DNA from: an archaeon | GTDB lineage: Archaea > Nanobdellota > Nanobdellia > Pacearchaeales > DTIR01 | DNA: 64,000 bases | Direction: 5' to 3' | Assembly (NCBI GenBank): GCA_043808285.1 | Contig: JAZDFA010000007.1 | Coordinates: forward strand, 129,187-193,186 | Shown here: piece after piece, positions 42,737 to 51,543 of the stretch | Layout of the letters: every line of letters begins with the position of its first letter | Numbering within the stretch: the stretch's first letter is position 1 | Made by a program: the position numbers and the translations under genes | The notes under the pieces: generated by a model | The model's database searches: none | What the model was told of the DNA's origin: nothing | Seen by the model: only the letters and a program-made list of their open reading frames with translations

Positions 42737-43598
42737 TTTTTTTACAAAATTTATAGCTTAATAATGTGTATATTAACTTTGCTGAAATAAAATCAGGCGC
42801 TTTATTAACTTTACTGGGGCATAATTCAACAACGTCGAAACCAACAATATTCTTTGAATCAGAAACTGCCTTTAGCAATTTTAATACTGAATACCAATCC
42901 ATCCCCCCAGGTTCAGGCGTGCCTGTAGAAGGCAGTATAGAAGGATCAAAAACATCCAGGTCGATTGTGATATAAACATTATTTGGAAGTTTTTTTACTG
43001 CATCTTTAATCCAGCTGTCTGAATCATGTATATCCTGTGCAAAGAAAATAGAATCTTTATTCGCGTTTTTTAGCTCTGATGAGTCCATGCTTCTTATCCC
43101 TACAGAGACTATATTGGATGACACTTCTTGCGCCCTTGCAATAACACATGCATGATTGTACTTGCTGCCCTCATAACTCTCTCTCCTATCGCTGTGTGCA
43201 TCAAGATGAAGTATGCCAATGTTTTTGTAATGGTCTGCAAAGGCATTAATCGCACCTATTGAAATTGAATGTTCTCCTCCAATTAATACCACAAACTTTT
43301 CATCATCTAGGAATTTCTTTGTGCTTTCATTAACTTTTTTTATCATTGAGATGGAGTCTTTTTCATCTATCTCTTCTGCAGTGAATATTCCGTTCTTGTA
43401 AACTTCACTGTCAGTTTCAATATCATAGAATTCAAGGTTAGGTGATGCATCAATTATCGCTTTAGGCCCCTTGTCTGCCCCTTTCATCCATGTGCTTGTT
43501 TTATCAAATGGAATAGGCAGAATAATTATCTTAGAACTATCATACTGGCAGAATTCTTTTGGGAAGCCGCCAAAATTCTGGATTTTTTTTTGTTTCAT
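42726..43598 (-). CDS. speB: Agmatinase (arginase/ureohydrolase family)
   Basis: 290 aa. It has GGEHSIS, LHLDAHSD, TIDLDVFDPS and the PEPGG metal-site motifs. Confidence 0.85.
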   Translation of the reverse strand: MKQKKIQNFGGFPKEFCQYDSSKIIILPIPFDKTSTWMKGADKGPKAIIDASPNLEFYDIETDSEVYKNGIFTAEEIDEKDSISMIKKVNESTKKFLDDEKFVVLIGGEHSISIGAINAFADHYKNIGILHLDAHSDRRESYEGSKYNHACVIARAQEVSSNIVSVGIRSMDSSELKNANKDSIFFAQDIHDSDSWIKDAVKKLPNNVYITIDLDVFDPSILPSTGTPEPGGMDWYSVLKLLKAVSDSKNIVGFDVVELCPSKVNKAPDFISAKLIYTLLSYKFCKKNEK

Positions 43599-43601
43599 TT
43601 G

Positions 43602-44225
43602 TTATTGTTTAACAAGAGATTCAAGGCTATTTTCTCTCTTTGCTCCATTGTGTTCTTCGTTTCCTGCCGATTTATTAACATCAGTTATAAAAACCGCAGC
43701 AGCAATTACAGTAGTCCATAAATCCCCCTTTGGCACTTCTGCTGACTGGCATATATGTGTTGTCTTGAATATATGCCCAGATGCCTTGTATATCTGTTCT
43801 CTTTCTTTCCATGCCTTATCCGGGTCAAATTCTACTCCCAGTGTTGTTGCAAGCATTGTTGCAGCCAAGTCTTCTGCATATTCTCCCGCTTCATCAGCTG
43901 TCTTGCCCTCGCCATGATATTCAGATAAGTATCCATATTGCCTGTCTCTTGCCTTTGGCACAGCAACTCCAAGTGCGGCAGATATAAGCCTATTTCGTTT
44001 GTCTGCAGATATGCGTGCCATGACGCAGTAAGTTATATCTCCTGGCTCAAGCAGTTGTATTCCTCTTTCTCTGGTTATTATCTGGCAATTTGGCGGCAGA
44101 ATGCTTGAAACATAAACAAGATTGCATTTTTCTATGCCTGCTTTTCTTAATGCAAGTTCAAATGAACCCAACCCTTCCTTATGGATTCCATACCCTTTTG
44201 TAAAGAATACTTTTTTTGGTGCCAT
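43602..44225 (-). CDS. pdaD: Pyruvoyl-dependent arginine decarboxylase, paralog 1
   Basis: 207 aa. [35 protein letters not shown] contains the self-processing Ser-Ser site. Confidence 0.85.
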   Translation of the reverse strand: MAPKKVFFTKGYGIHKEGLGSFELALRKAGIEKCNLVYVSSILPPNCQIITRERGIQLLEPGDITYCVMARISADKRNRLISAALGVAVPKARDRQYGYLSEYHGEGKTADEAGEYAEDLAATMLATTLGVEFDPDKAWKEREQIYKASGHIFKTTHICQSAEVPKGDLWTTVIAAAVFITDVNKSAGNEEHNGAKRENSLESLVKQ

Positions 44226-44233
44226 TTACTTAT

Positions 44234-44848
44234 CTATATCTTTTTAACTTCTACTTTAATGTTATTTTTATTGCTATTCTCATCCTTAGAATCAATTATA
44301 AAAACTGCTGCTGCAATACAAGTAGTCCAGAGTCCCTCTTTATTTCCTGTTGCAGACTGGCATATGTTTGTTGTCTTGAATATATGCTTAGATGCCTTGT
44401 ATATCTTTTCTCTTTCTTTCCATGCCTTATCCGGGTCAAATTCTACTCCCAGTGTTGTTGCAAGCATTGTTGCAGCCAAGTCTTCTGCGTACTCTCCTGC
44501 TTTTTCGTCTGTCTCGCCGCAGGAATGATGCTCTGATAAATATCCATACTGACTAGCTCTTGCCTTTGGCACAGCAACTCCAATTGCAGATGCTACTAAT
44601 CTATTTGGTTCATTTGTTTCATTCTTTGCCATTACGCAAAATGTTATCTGTCCAGGCTCAAGCAGTTTAATTCCGTTTTTCTTAGGTATTATCTGGCAAT
44701 TTGGCGGCAGAATGCTTGAAACATAAACAAGATTGCATTTTTCTATTCCTGCATTTCTTAATGCTTTTTCAAATGATGCAAGCTTGTTTTTGTCTACGCC
44801 TACTCCTTTTGTAAGGAACATTTTTGTAGGCAATATTTGTGAATACAT
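44234..44848 (-). CDS. pdaD: Pyruvoyl-dependent arginine decarboxylase, paralog 2
   Basis: 204 aa. It has the same signature ([38 protein letters not shown]). It sits in tandem with paralog 1. Confidence 0.85.
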   Translation of the reverse strand: MYSQILPTKMFLTKGVGVDKNKLASFEKALRNAGIEKCNLVYVSSILPPNCQIIPKKNGIKLLEPGQITFCVMAKNETNEPNRLVASAIGVAVPKARASQYGYLSEHHSCGETDEKAGEYAEDLAATMLATTLGVEFDPDKAWKEREKIYKASKHIFKTTNICQSATGNKEGLWTTCIAAAVFIIDSKDENSNKNNIKVEVKKI

Positions 44849-44996
44849 TTTGTTTTTTCCTAGTTATTTTTAATTATTCTCAATAAAAAATATTATTTTT
44901 AAACCTTTTTCTTTTTTTAAACCTTTTTAAAAGTTGAATTAAATTTTAAAATGATATTTCTGATTTTTTTGTTGCAAATGAAGAAAGAAAAAATTA

Positions 44997-45070
44997 TTTC
45001 TGCAAGACAAAACAATCATTTCTTCACCTTACTCCTAACACCTAACAGCAGGAAATACAAATATTAACAA
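44997..45070 (+). repeat. Dispersed intergenic repeat (IGR family), forward copy
   Basis: TTTCTGCAAGACAAAACAATCATTTCTTCACCTTACTCCTAACACCTAACAGCAGGAAATACAAATATTAACAA. Confidence 0.7.
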
Positions 45071-45097
45071 ATATCTTCTTGAATATTTTTAGTTAAG

Positions 45098-45105
45098 TTT
45101 AAAAG
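45098..45105 (+). promoter_or_regulatory. TATA box of the initiator tRNA gene
   Basis: TTTAAAAG ends 24 nt upstream of the tRNA 5' end at 45129. Confidence 0.45.
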
Positions 45106-45128
45106 TATCGATATGCAAAAATTAACAT

Positions 45129-45204
45129 AGCGGGGTGGAGCAGCCAGGAGTGCTCGCAGGGCCCATAACCCTGAGGTCGTGTGGTTCAAATCCCACCCCC
45201 GCTA
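45129..45204 (+). tRNA. Initiator tRNA-Met (anticodon CAU)
   Basis: The AGCGGGG..CCCCGCT acceptor stem has an A1:U72 pair. The anticodon arm CAGGG-CCCATAA-CCCTG has three consecutive G:C pairs. The T loop is TTCAAAT. The T stem GTG(T)GG/CCCAC needs one bulged U. Confidence 0.8.
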
Positions 45205-45212
45205 CTTTTAAA

Positions 45213-45893
45213 ATGTTGATTCTCGGCATAGATGATGCAGGAAGGGGCCCGGTTATAGGCCCGATGGTGATGGCAGGAGTTCTTATAGATTCTAAAGATG
45301 AAGATAAATTAAGGTTGCTTGGTGTAAAGGATTCAAAACAGGTAATTCAATCAAAAAGAGAAATTCTTGCAAAAGAGATAGAAAAGATTGCAGTTTCATA
45401 TCATTTTGTCATTATATCTGCAAACGAGATTGATGGCAGAGGAGATGCCGGTCTGAATCTGAATCAGCTTGAGGCAGTAAAAACTGCTGCAATAATAAAC
45501 AAATTAAACAAAAAAGATGAAAAAATAAAGGTGGTAATAGATTGCCCATCAGTAAATACAAAATCATGGCAGCACTATCTTGAGGGCTACATAGATAATA
45601 TAGAGAATCTCTCGCTTTATGTTGAACATAAAGCAGATATCAATCATGTTGCATGTTCTGCCGGCTCTATAATTGCAAAAGTTACCAGGGAAAAGGAAAT
45701 AGAGAAACTCAAGAAAAAAATAGGTGTTGATTTTGGTTCAGGCTATCCTTCAGACCCCATTACAAAAGAGTTCATTGCAAAACATGGCGAGCAATATCTT
45801 AAAGAAGGCATAATAAGGCAGACATGGGCAACATGGACGCTTAATCATGAGCCCAAAAAAGAAAAGAAGCAGAAGAGCTTGAGCGAATTTTGA
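45213..45893 (+). CDS. rnhB: Ribonuclease HII
   Basis: The start is moved to ATG 45213 (MLILGIDDAGRGPVIGPMV) because the track ORF (45135) reads through the tRNA. It also has DSK, a VDCPSVN-type motif and GSGYPSDP. Confidence 0.9.
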   Translation: MLILGIDDAGRGPVIGPMVMAGVLIDSKDEDKLRLLGVKDSKQVIQSKREILAKEIEKIAVSYHFVIISANEIDGRGDAGLNLNQLEAVKTAAIINKLNKKDEKIKVVIDCPSVNTKSWQHYLEGYIDNIENLSLYVEHKADINHVACSAGSIIAKVTREKEIEKLKKKIGVDFGSGYPSDPITKEFIAKHGEQYLKEGIIRQTWATWTLNHEPKKEKKQKSLSEF

Positions 45894-45981
45894 TTGCCTT
45901 CTACCCGCTTCATTTATTGTTCTGCCTAAAGAAATAAATTGTTTTTCAATATATAAAAAGTTGTTTTTTTAGAATAATCTT

Positions 45982-46908
45982 TTAGTTCTCAATCATTCTT
46001 GATTCATTTTTAGTTTTAACTGCGATGTAAGCACCTGCGATTATTATAGCTGAACCAAGAATCTGGATTATTGAAGGATTTTCCTTGAGGAATATAGAGC
46101 TTATTATCAGTATCATGATTGGAGAAGCAAGCATTATTACTGTTGCCTTTGAAGGATTTAGATATTTTATCCCATGATACCACAATAATGAATAAATGCA
46201 TAATAATGCAGATGAGATGAGTATGTAACCCCATTGTATTTTTTCTATAGCAAATAATGGCTCTAAACCGAAAGCATAATAAGTTATTGCAATAAGCATC
46301 AATGAGCCAAAAAACATTCTGCCAAATATCAATACTTCAGGATTTTCTTCATCTATCTTAGCTTTCTTGATTATTGTATTTTCTACTGCCCAAAGTATTG
46401 CCGCAGAAAGAATAAGAAAATCCCCCATCCTCATCTTTAATGATGCGTTAGAAAATTCCAGCAGGTAAGCTCCCGCAATCATTGACAAGATGATTATTAC
46501 CTGCTTGCCCTTTATCTTTTCTTTGAGGAAAAGTGAGGAAAGCAGTATTGCATACATCGGCAATGTGCTGTAGAGAAATGCTGCTCTTCCGGCAGTTGTT
46601 TCCCTTAGTCCTAGGAAGAAAAGAAGGAAAGGAGCCCCTCCCCCAATTATGCCAACCATAATAAGTTTTCCCCAAGAAACTTTCTTAAATTTTTTTATGT
46701 TAAATTTGCATGCTAAAAGTGAAATAATAAGAAAAGCTACTCCTATCAAAAAAGCGCGTATTGTTGTGAAGATGAACGGGTCAATCTTTACTACAAAGAA
46801 CTTGTTTAAAACAAAAGATGCAGAGTATATTGCGCAAGCCGATAATACAAGAATTATCCCTAGTAAGTCTCCCTTGTTTTTATTCCCACTTTTTTTGAGA
46901 AACTTCAT
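45982..46908 (-). CDS. EamA/DMT-superfamily transporter
   Basis: 308 aa with about 10 hydrophobic helices in two EamA-like halves. Confidence 0.75.
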   Translation of the reverse strand: MKFLKKSGNKNKGDLLGIILVLSACAIYSASFVLNKFFVVKIDPFIFTTIRAFLIGVAFLIISLLACKFNIKKFKKVSWGKLIMVGIIGGGAPFLLFFLGLRETTAGRAAFLYSTLPMYAILLSSLFLKEKIKGKQVIIILSMIAGAYLLEFSNASLKMRMGDFLILSAAILWAVENTIIKKAKIDEENPEVLIFGRMFFGSLMLIAITYYAFGLEPLFAIEKIQWGYILISSALLCIYSLLWYHGIKYLNPSKATVIMLASPIMILIISSIFLKENPSIIQILGSAIIIAGAYIAVKTKNESRMIEN

Positions 46909-46961
46909 GGTGTTATCTGGATTTTTCCATTTTAATATGTTTTTGTTTTCAAGAAACTTAA

Positions 46962-47144
46962 TTATTGATTATTATTTTTAGCTTTTTTTATAATTCTCAT
47001 GCCTATCGCAACAAAAACAATTCCAATAATACTCAAGGCAGAGGACTTCATGTCAAGATCAAAAACATAACTTATTGCATTCATCAATATCAGTGCAAAA
47101 CCTACAAGAGCCATTACATATCCAGATATTTTTTGTTTGTTCAT
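46962..47144 (-). CDS. Small two-helix membrane protein
   Basis: 60-aa ORF immediately downstream of the RuBisCO gene on the same strand. Confidence 0.3.
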   Translation of the reverse strand: MNKQKISGYVMALVGFALILMNAISYVFDLDMKSSALSIIGIVFVAIGMRIIKKAKNNNQ

Positions 47145-47151
47145 ACTATTC

Positions 47152-48432
47152 TTATCCCCACTGCTTGATTGCTTTTCTTAATTCTTCTTTTTCCTCTGCT
47201 GCCTTCTCCAAGGAAACATTATTCATTACAGCATCAAGAGCCTGCCTGCATGCTCTTGCCCCCTTTATTGTGCCGCCAGGATGCGCATGTATCCCTCCTC
47301 CAAACTGCATTATTATGTCATTGCCAAATATCCTGTAAAGCTCTGGTATCATCAATGGATGCAAGCCTCCAGAAGCAACAGGGAATACTGGCTTTATTTT
47401 TTCCCAGTTTTGTGATAATACTCTCAATGAATCATTCTCTTTCACTTTTTCTTGGATGCACCCATCTCTTATTGCCAGAACCTCGTTTTTATCTCCGTGC
47501 ATCTTTCCCGTTACTGTTCCAATATGAATCTGGTCAAGTCCAATCAGCCTTGTAAGCTTTGCAATAACCTGCATGCTCACTCCATGCTTCTCATTCCTTG
47601 TAATTGCAGAATGCATGCACCTATGCGCATGAAGCACGAGTTTTAAGTCTTCATTAGCTTTTCTTAATGACTGCAATGCGCTCCATCCAACAGGAATAAT
47701 GTCTACCATTATGTACTCTCCTCCGTTATCGCTTACAAATTTAGCTCTCTTTATCATCTCCTCTGTTGTTGGCGCAGTTATGTTTGCAAGATACATCTTT
47801 CTCTCACCAGTTTCTTTTTCAGCTTTTTCTTTCATTTTCAGGCTTAGCTTTATTCTTTCTTGGAATGGATTAAATTTTTGATTTGTGAGATTTTCATCTT
47901 CTTTTACCAAATCGCATCCTCCAAACCATGAGTTGTATGCAACTAATGCATGCTTCTCTGTTGTTAAACCGACTTTTGGCTTTACTATAGTCCCTATCAG
48001 CGGTCTATTTGCCACCTTTGTTATCTTTCTTACTCCCTCTAGTCCATATTTTGGCCCCCTGAATTCTTTTATAACTTCATTTGGAAATGATATATCCAAT
48101 AACTTTAGATTGCTAAGAAGTTTCATGCTGAATATATTTCCTGCTATGCTGCTTAGTATTTGTGGCACAGAGCAAGTCTCGAATAATTCAGAATGATAAG
48201 CAATTTTGGCGATATTTCTTTTCTTGTCCATAAAGAAAACATGAGGTTTAAGCCTTTTGGCTGTTTGAGGACTGAGCGTGCTTATCTCTGCCCAAGTGTC
48301 AATAGAACTCTCTCCAGCCATATTAGTTACAACCTCTTCAAAAGAAAAGCCTTGTGAAGGTTCTATATAATACTCGCAGATTATCTCAGATTTGTTTGGC
48401 TTGTAATCCAGATTGATATATTCTTGAAGCAT
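47152..48432 (-). CDS. rbcL: Ribulose-1,5-bisphosphate carboxylase/oxygenase large subunit, form III
   Basis: 426 aa. It has GTIVKPKVGL, GGCDLVKEDE, LHAHRCMH and SGGLHP......FG.D.IMQFGGGIHAHPGG. There is no adjacent small subunit. Confidence 0.9.
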   Translation of the reverse strand: MLQEYINLDYKPNKSEIICEYYIEPSQGFSFEEVVTNMAGESSIDTWAEISTLSPQTAKRLKPHVFFMDKKRNIAKIAYHSELFETCSVPQILSSIAGNIFSMKLLSNLKLLDISFPNEVIKEFRGPKYGLEGVRKITKVANRPLIGTIVKPKVGLTTEKHALVAYNSWFGGCDLVKEDENLTNQKFNPFQERIKLSLKMKEKAEKETGERKMYLANITAPTTEEMIKRAKFVSDNGGEYIMVDIIPVGWSALQSLRKANEDLKLVLHAHRCMHSAITRNEKHGVSMQVIAKLTRLIGLDQIHIGTVTGKMHGDKNEVLAIRDGCIQEKVKENDSLRVLSQNWEKIKPVFPVASGGLHPLMIPELYRIFGNDIIMQFGGGIHAHPGGTIKGARACRQALDAVMNNVSLEKAAEEKEELRKAIKQWG

Positions 48433-48481
48433 TTTTCCTCTTTTTGTGGATAAATATATTAAATGAAATTTTTAATACTTT

Positions 48482-49228
48482 CTACTTCATCGAAACCAGC
48501 AGTATCGTGAGTATTACTCCTACCATCAAGGAGAATATTGTGCTGTGGTTTGTCGTCTTTGAGCATGAAGCTGGGATTAATTCATCCGCAGATATATAAA
48601 TCATAAGCCCCGCAGTTGCAGCAGTTATCAGCCCTATGAATAGGGGAGATATATTCCTTAGCAGGAAGTATGCGAGTAGAAATCCAAGCAGCGTAGGAAT
48701 TGCTGTTGCTGATGAGAGAAGGAAAGACTTAAGTTTTTTCTTGCTGTAAAGATAGTACGGAGCAGAAGTGCATATCCCTTCAGGTATATCATGTATCGCA
48801 ATTGCCAAAGCTATTACTAATCCAGATCCAACTCCTATTGTACTTCCTATCCCCATAGCCATTCCTTCTGGAAAATTATGCATCGCAATGCCCAAAAGAA
48901 GGTAAATTGATGTTTTTTTTAATTTTAATCCTTGTTCTGGCTCACATAATCCATGATGCAGATGCGGAATGCTTCTGTCTATTGCAAACATTACAATAGC
49001 CCCAAGGAAGATGCCCGTCATTGAGATTAGTGGGGATGATAATTTTATGCTTACTGGGATTAATTCAATGAAAGATATTGAAAGCATTACTCCTGCCGCA
49101 AATGAAAGCATATTGAACATGAAACGATTAGATGGCTTGGTTATAATCCCAATCAAAGAGCCAATTACAGGCCCAAGAATAGCAAGAACTGCAACTAAGA
49201 AAATAATCTCCATCTCTAAAAAATTCAA
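48482..49228 (-). CDS. ZIP-family divalent metal transporter (ZupT-like)
   Basis: 248 aa. It has the HNFPEGMAMG and HDIPEG motifs and about eight helices. Confidence 0.85.
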   Translation of the reverse strand: MNFLEMEIIFLVAVLAILGPVIGSLIGIITKPSNRFMFNMLSFAAGVMLSISFIELIPVSIKLSSPLISMTGIFLGAIVMFAIDRSIPHLHHGLCEPEQGLKLKKTSIYLLLGIAMHNFPEGMAMGIGSTIGVGSGLVIALAIAIHDIPEGICTSAPYYLYSKKKLKSFLLSSATAIPTLLGFLLAYFLLRNISPLFIGLITAATAGLMIYISADELIPASCSKTTNHSTIFSLMVGVILTILLVSMK

Positions 49229-49307
49229 AATACTTATTTAAATCTTGTGAATTAAAAAAATTTAAATACTTGGATGCATCAATAATATAATCATATTAAT
49301 CACATAG

Positions 49308-49961
49308 ATGACATCAGAAATTTGCGAAAATTCTATTGAACGGAAAAACGATGGTGCAAGGGGAGGAGAAGCTTTTGTGCTGGAGGTTGAAGAACCGCTT
49401 TCCGATATGTTTTTGATTAATCTAATTTCTCAAGCAATGGCTCATCATCCAGAGAAAAAAGAAGATGAGAAATTAGAAGAGATAATAGAGGAAGACGAGG
49501 AGGATTCTCCAGATGATGATGGGGAGGGTGATTTCTCCATAGACAAGAATTCTGAGGAGCTTTCAGAAATAATTAGTAAAGAAGACGAAGGCGAAGAGGA
49601 AGACTTGTTTGAAATGCTCCAGCTGCCAAAAATAAACATGCATTATTCTGATGAAGAAGAAAATGATTCCTCAATTGTCCATGAAGAATTCCAAAATCAT
49701 TATACTGGGGATGTGTTTTCAATCATTCATAATTTTTCTACTAGAAACATGGGGGATGCTTCCTCAAAATATTTTGAGAGTGTGATTTCTTCAATGGACG
49801 CAATGAAAGATGACATAGAAGAGATAAATGAGGAAGGGGCTTCCTTTTATAGCACAAGTTCTGAGATTGAAACTGAAGAGGAGATGCCAGATTCAATTGA
49901 TGAAACAGAAAACACTCTATCAAATGACAGGGTTCAGAATTTTGCAGGCGTTCTTAATTAG
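49308..49961 (+). CDS. Highly acidic hypothetical protein
   Basis: 217 aa with long D/E runs (EEIIEEDEEDSPDDDGEGD, EDEGEEED) and no recognisable domain. Confidence 0.4.
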   Translation: MTSEICENSIERKNDGARGGEAFVLEVEEPLSDMFLINLISQAMAHHPEKKEDEKLEEIIEEDEEDSPDDDGEGDFSIDKNSEELSEIISKEDEGEEEDLFEMLQLPKINMHYSDEEENDSSIVHEEFQNHYTGDVFSIIHNFSTRNMGDASSKYFESVISSMDAMKDDIEEINEEGASFYSTSSEIETEEEMPDSIDETENTLSNDRVQNFAGVLN

Positions 49962-50197
49962 TATGTTTTTTTGCTTCTGCTTGCAAGTATTATGTGGGAG
50001 ATTAATATTATCAAAAAAGGAACCCAGATTGAAGTGTGTATTCTAAAAGACAGAGCCTTGTTCAATTTCCCCCAAGTAATGAATTCTATAATATTGTAAT
50101 GGGTTATTCCTAAGCCGGTTATTATCAATGCAATTGAGGATATCAGCAAAAGCCACTGCACCGCTCTTTTTGTAATGCTGAAATAATCTATTTTCAT
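49958..50197 (-). CDS. Small membrane protein downstream of the molybdopterin-domain gene
   Basis: 79 aa with two or three helices. It starts 3 nt after the upstream stop. Confidence 0.35.
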   Translation of the reverse strand: MKIDYFSITKRAVQWLLLISSIALIITGLGITHYNIIEFITWGKLNKALSFRIHTSIWVPFLIILISHIILASRSKKTY

Positions 50198-50200
50198 GTT

Positions 50201-50884
50201 TTATAAAAGGAAGCTTTTGTTTAAATCTCCTTCGTTTGAATATCCTCTTTTTTCCCAGTACCCTTGGTAATCACTATTGTCAGAAAGCTCTATCTTTGTT
50301 ATCCATCTTGCCCACTTGTAACCCCATTTGCTTTCTGCAACCAATTGGAAAGGAAAACCTCTCTCTGGCGGGAGCGTTACATTGTTCATCTGATATGCTA
50401 AAATTATTTTGTTACTCTTTATGTACTCTAGTGGCAATGATGTTGTGTAGCCGTCATAAGAATGGAAGATCACTGTATTTGCCCCACCTATTGGCATTGC
50501 TTCATTTATCAAATCTTCAACGAGAATTCCTTCCCACAAGATTGTAGTGCTCCATCCTTCAACGCAATTTAATTTTACTACCTTGCTGTATCTATCATGA
50601 TTAATAACCTGCTCATAGGTATATCTCTGGGGGTTGTTGACCATCCCCCTTATTTCCAGTTTATAACTGCTGATATCTATATTCTGAATTCCCTTTATTG
50701 AATTCTCTCTAAACTCGCTGATTGCAGACAGCTGCTTTCCTTCATATTCATTTATTTCCATTTCAGAAAGTTCTTTTGGAACTTTGCCAATGAAGAACGA
50801 TGCGATTATTGAAATAAAAATTGCTGCAGCTATTACTGATAGAAGTATGACCTCTCTTAATTTCATCGTCCCTCTTTTTGCCAT
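50201..50884 (-). CDS. Molybdopterin-binding oxidoreductase domain protein (sulfite oxidase/YedY-MsrP-like), membrane anchored
   Basis: 227 aa. An N-terminal helix is followed by LNCVEGWSTTILWEGILVEDL, LAYQMNN..LPPERGFPFQLVAESKWGYKWARW. Confidence 0.65.
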   Translation of the reverse strand: MAKRGTMKLREVILLSVIAAAIFISIIASFFIGKVPKELSEMEINEYEGKQLSAISEFRENSIKGIQNIDISSYKLEIRGMVNNPQRYTYEQVINHDRYSKVVKLNCVEGWSTTILWEGILVEDLINEAMPIGGANTVIFHSYDGYTTSLPLEYIKSNKIILAYQMNNVTLPPERGFPFQLVAESKWGYKWARWITKIELSDNSDYQGYWEKRGYSNEGDLNKSFLL

Positions 50885-50971
50885 ATATGCTATTGTTTGG
50901 GCATGTTATAAAATCTTTCTAATGCAATCTTTAAGATGTTTTATAAATTTGAGTAATTTGTTTAGATAATC

Positions 50972-51541
50972 ATGAATCTGGGAAAGACCCTTTATGTAAC
51001 AAATAGGGATGATTGGCGTGCATGGCTTTCTAGAAATCACCAAAAAGAGAGGGAAATATGGCTGGTTTATTACAAAAAATCTTCTGGCAAGCCAAGGATA
51101 CATTACAATGATGCTGTTGAAGAAGCAATTTGTTATGGTTGGATTGACAGCACTGTTAAAAAAGTGGATGATGAATCTTTTGCGCAGAGATTCACCCCTC
51201 GAAGGCATGGAAGTAAGATTTCAGAAATGAACAAGGAAAGAGTAAGAATACTCATTGCCGGAAATAAAATGACAAAGAAGGGGCTTGATGCAATTTCTGC
51301 AGTTTTCAATCCCGAAAAGGATAAAGTTACAAAGTGGAGGATTGCTCAGGATATAATTAAAGCAGTCAGGGCAGACAGGCAGGCATGGGCAAATTTCAGA
51401 AAATTTCCAGAGAGTTACAGGAGAGTAAGGATAGGATATATTGAAAGCCAGAGAAGCCATAGTAATGAAATGTTTAATAAGAGTTTGCAGAATTTTATAA
51501 AAAAGACTGCAAAGAATAAGAAATTTGGTATGATCAAATAG
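50972..51541 (+). CDS. YdeI/OmpD-associated family protein
   Basis: 189 aa. It has WRAWLSRNHQKEREIWLVYYKK.SGKP...Y.DAVEEAICYGWIDS. Confidence 0.7.
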   Translation: MNLGKTLYVTNRDDWRAWLSRNHQKEREIWLVYYKKSSGKPRIHYNDAVEEAICYGWIDSTVKKVDDESFAQRFTPRRHGSKISEMNKERVRILIAGNKMTKKGLDAISAVFNPEKDKVTKWRIAQDIIKAVRADRQAWANFRKFPESYRRVRIGYIESQRSHSNEMFNKSLQNFIKKTAKNKKFGMIK

Positions 51542-51543
51542 TA

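Noticed and set aside
45135-45212. N-terminal extension of the RNase HII ORF (MEQPGVLAGPITLRSCGSNPTPATFK)
   Set aside because: This stretch is the initiator tRNA gene read as protein. RNase HII homology begins at MLILGIDDAGRG (ATG 45213).
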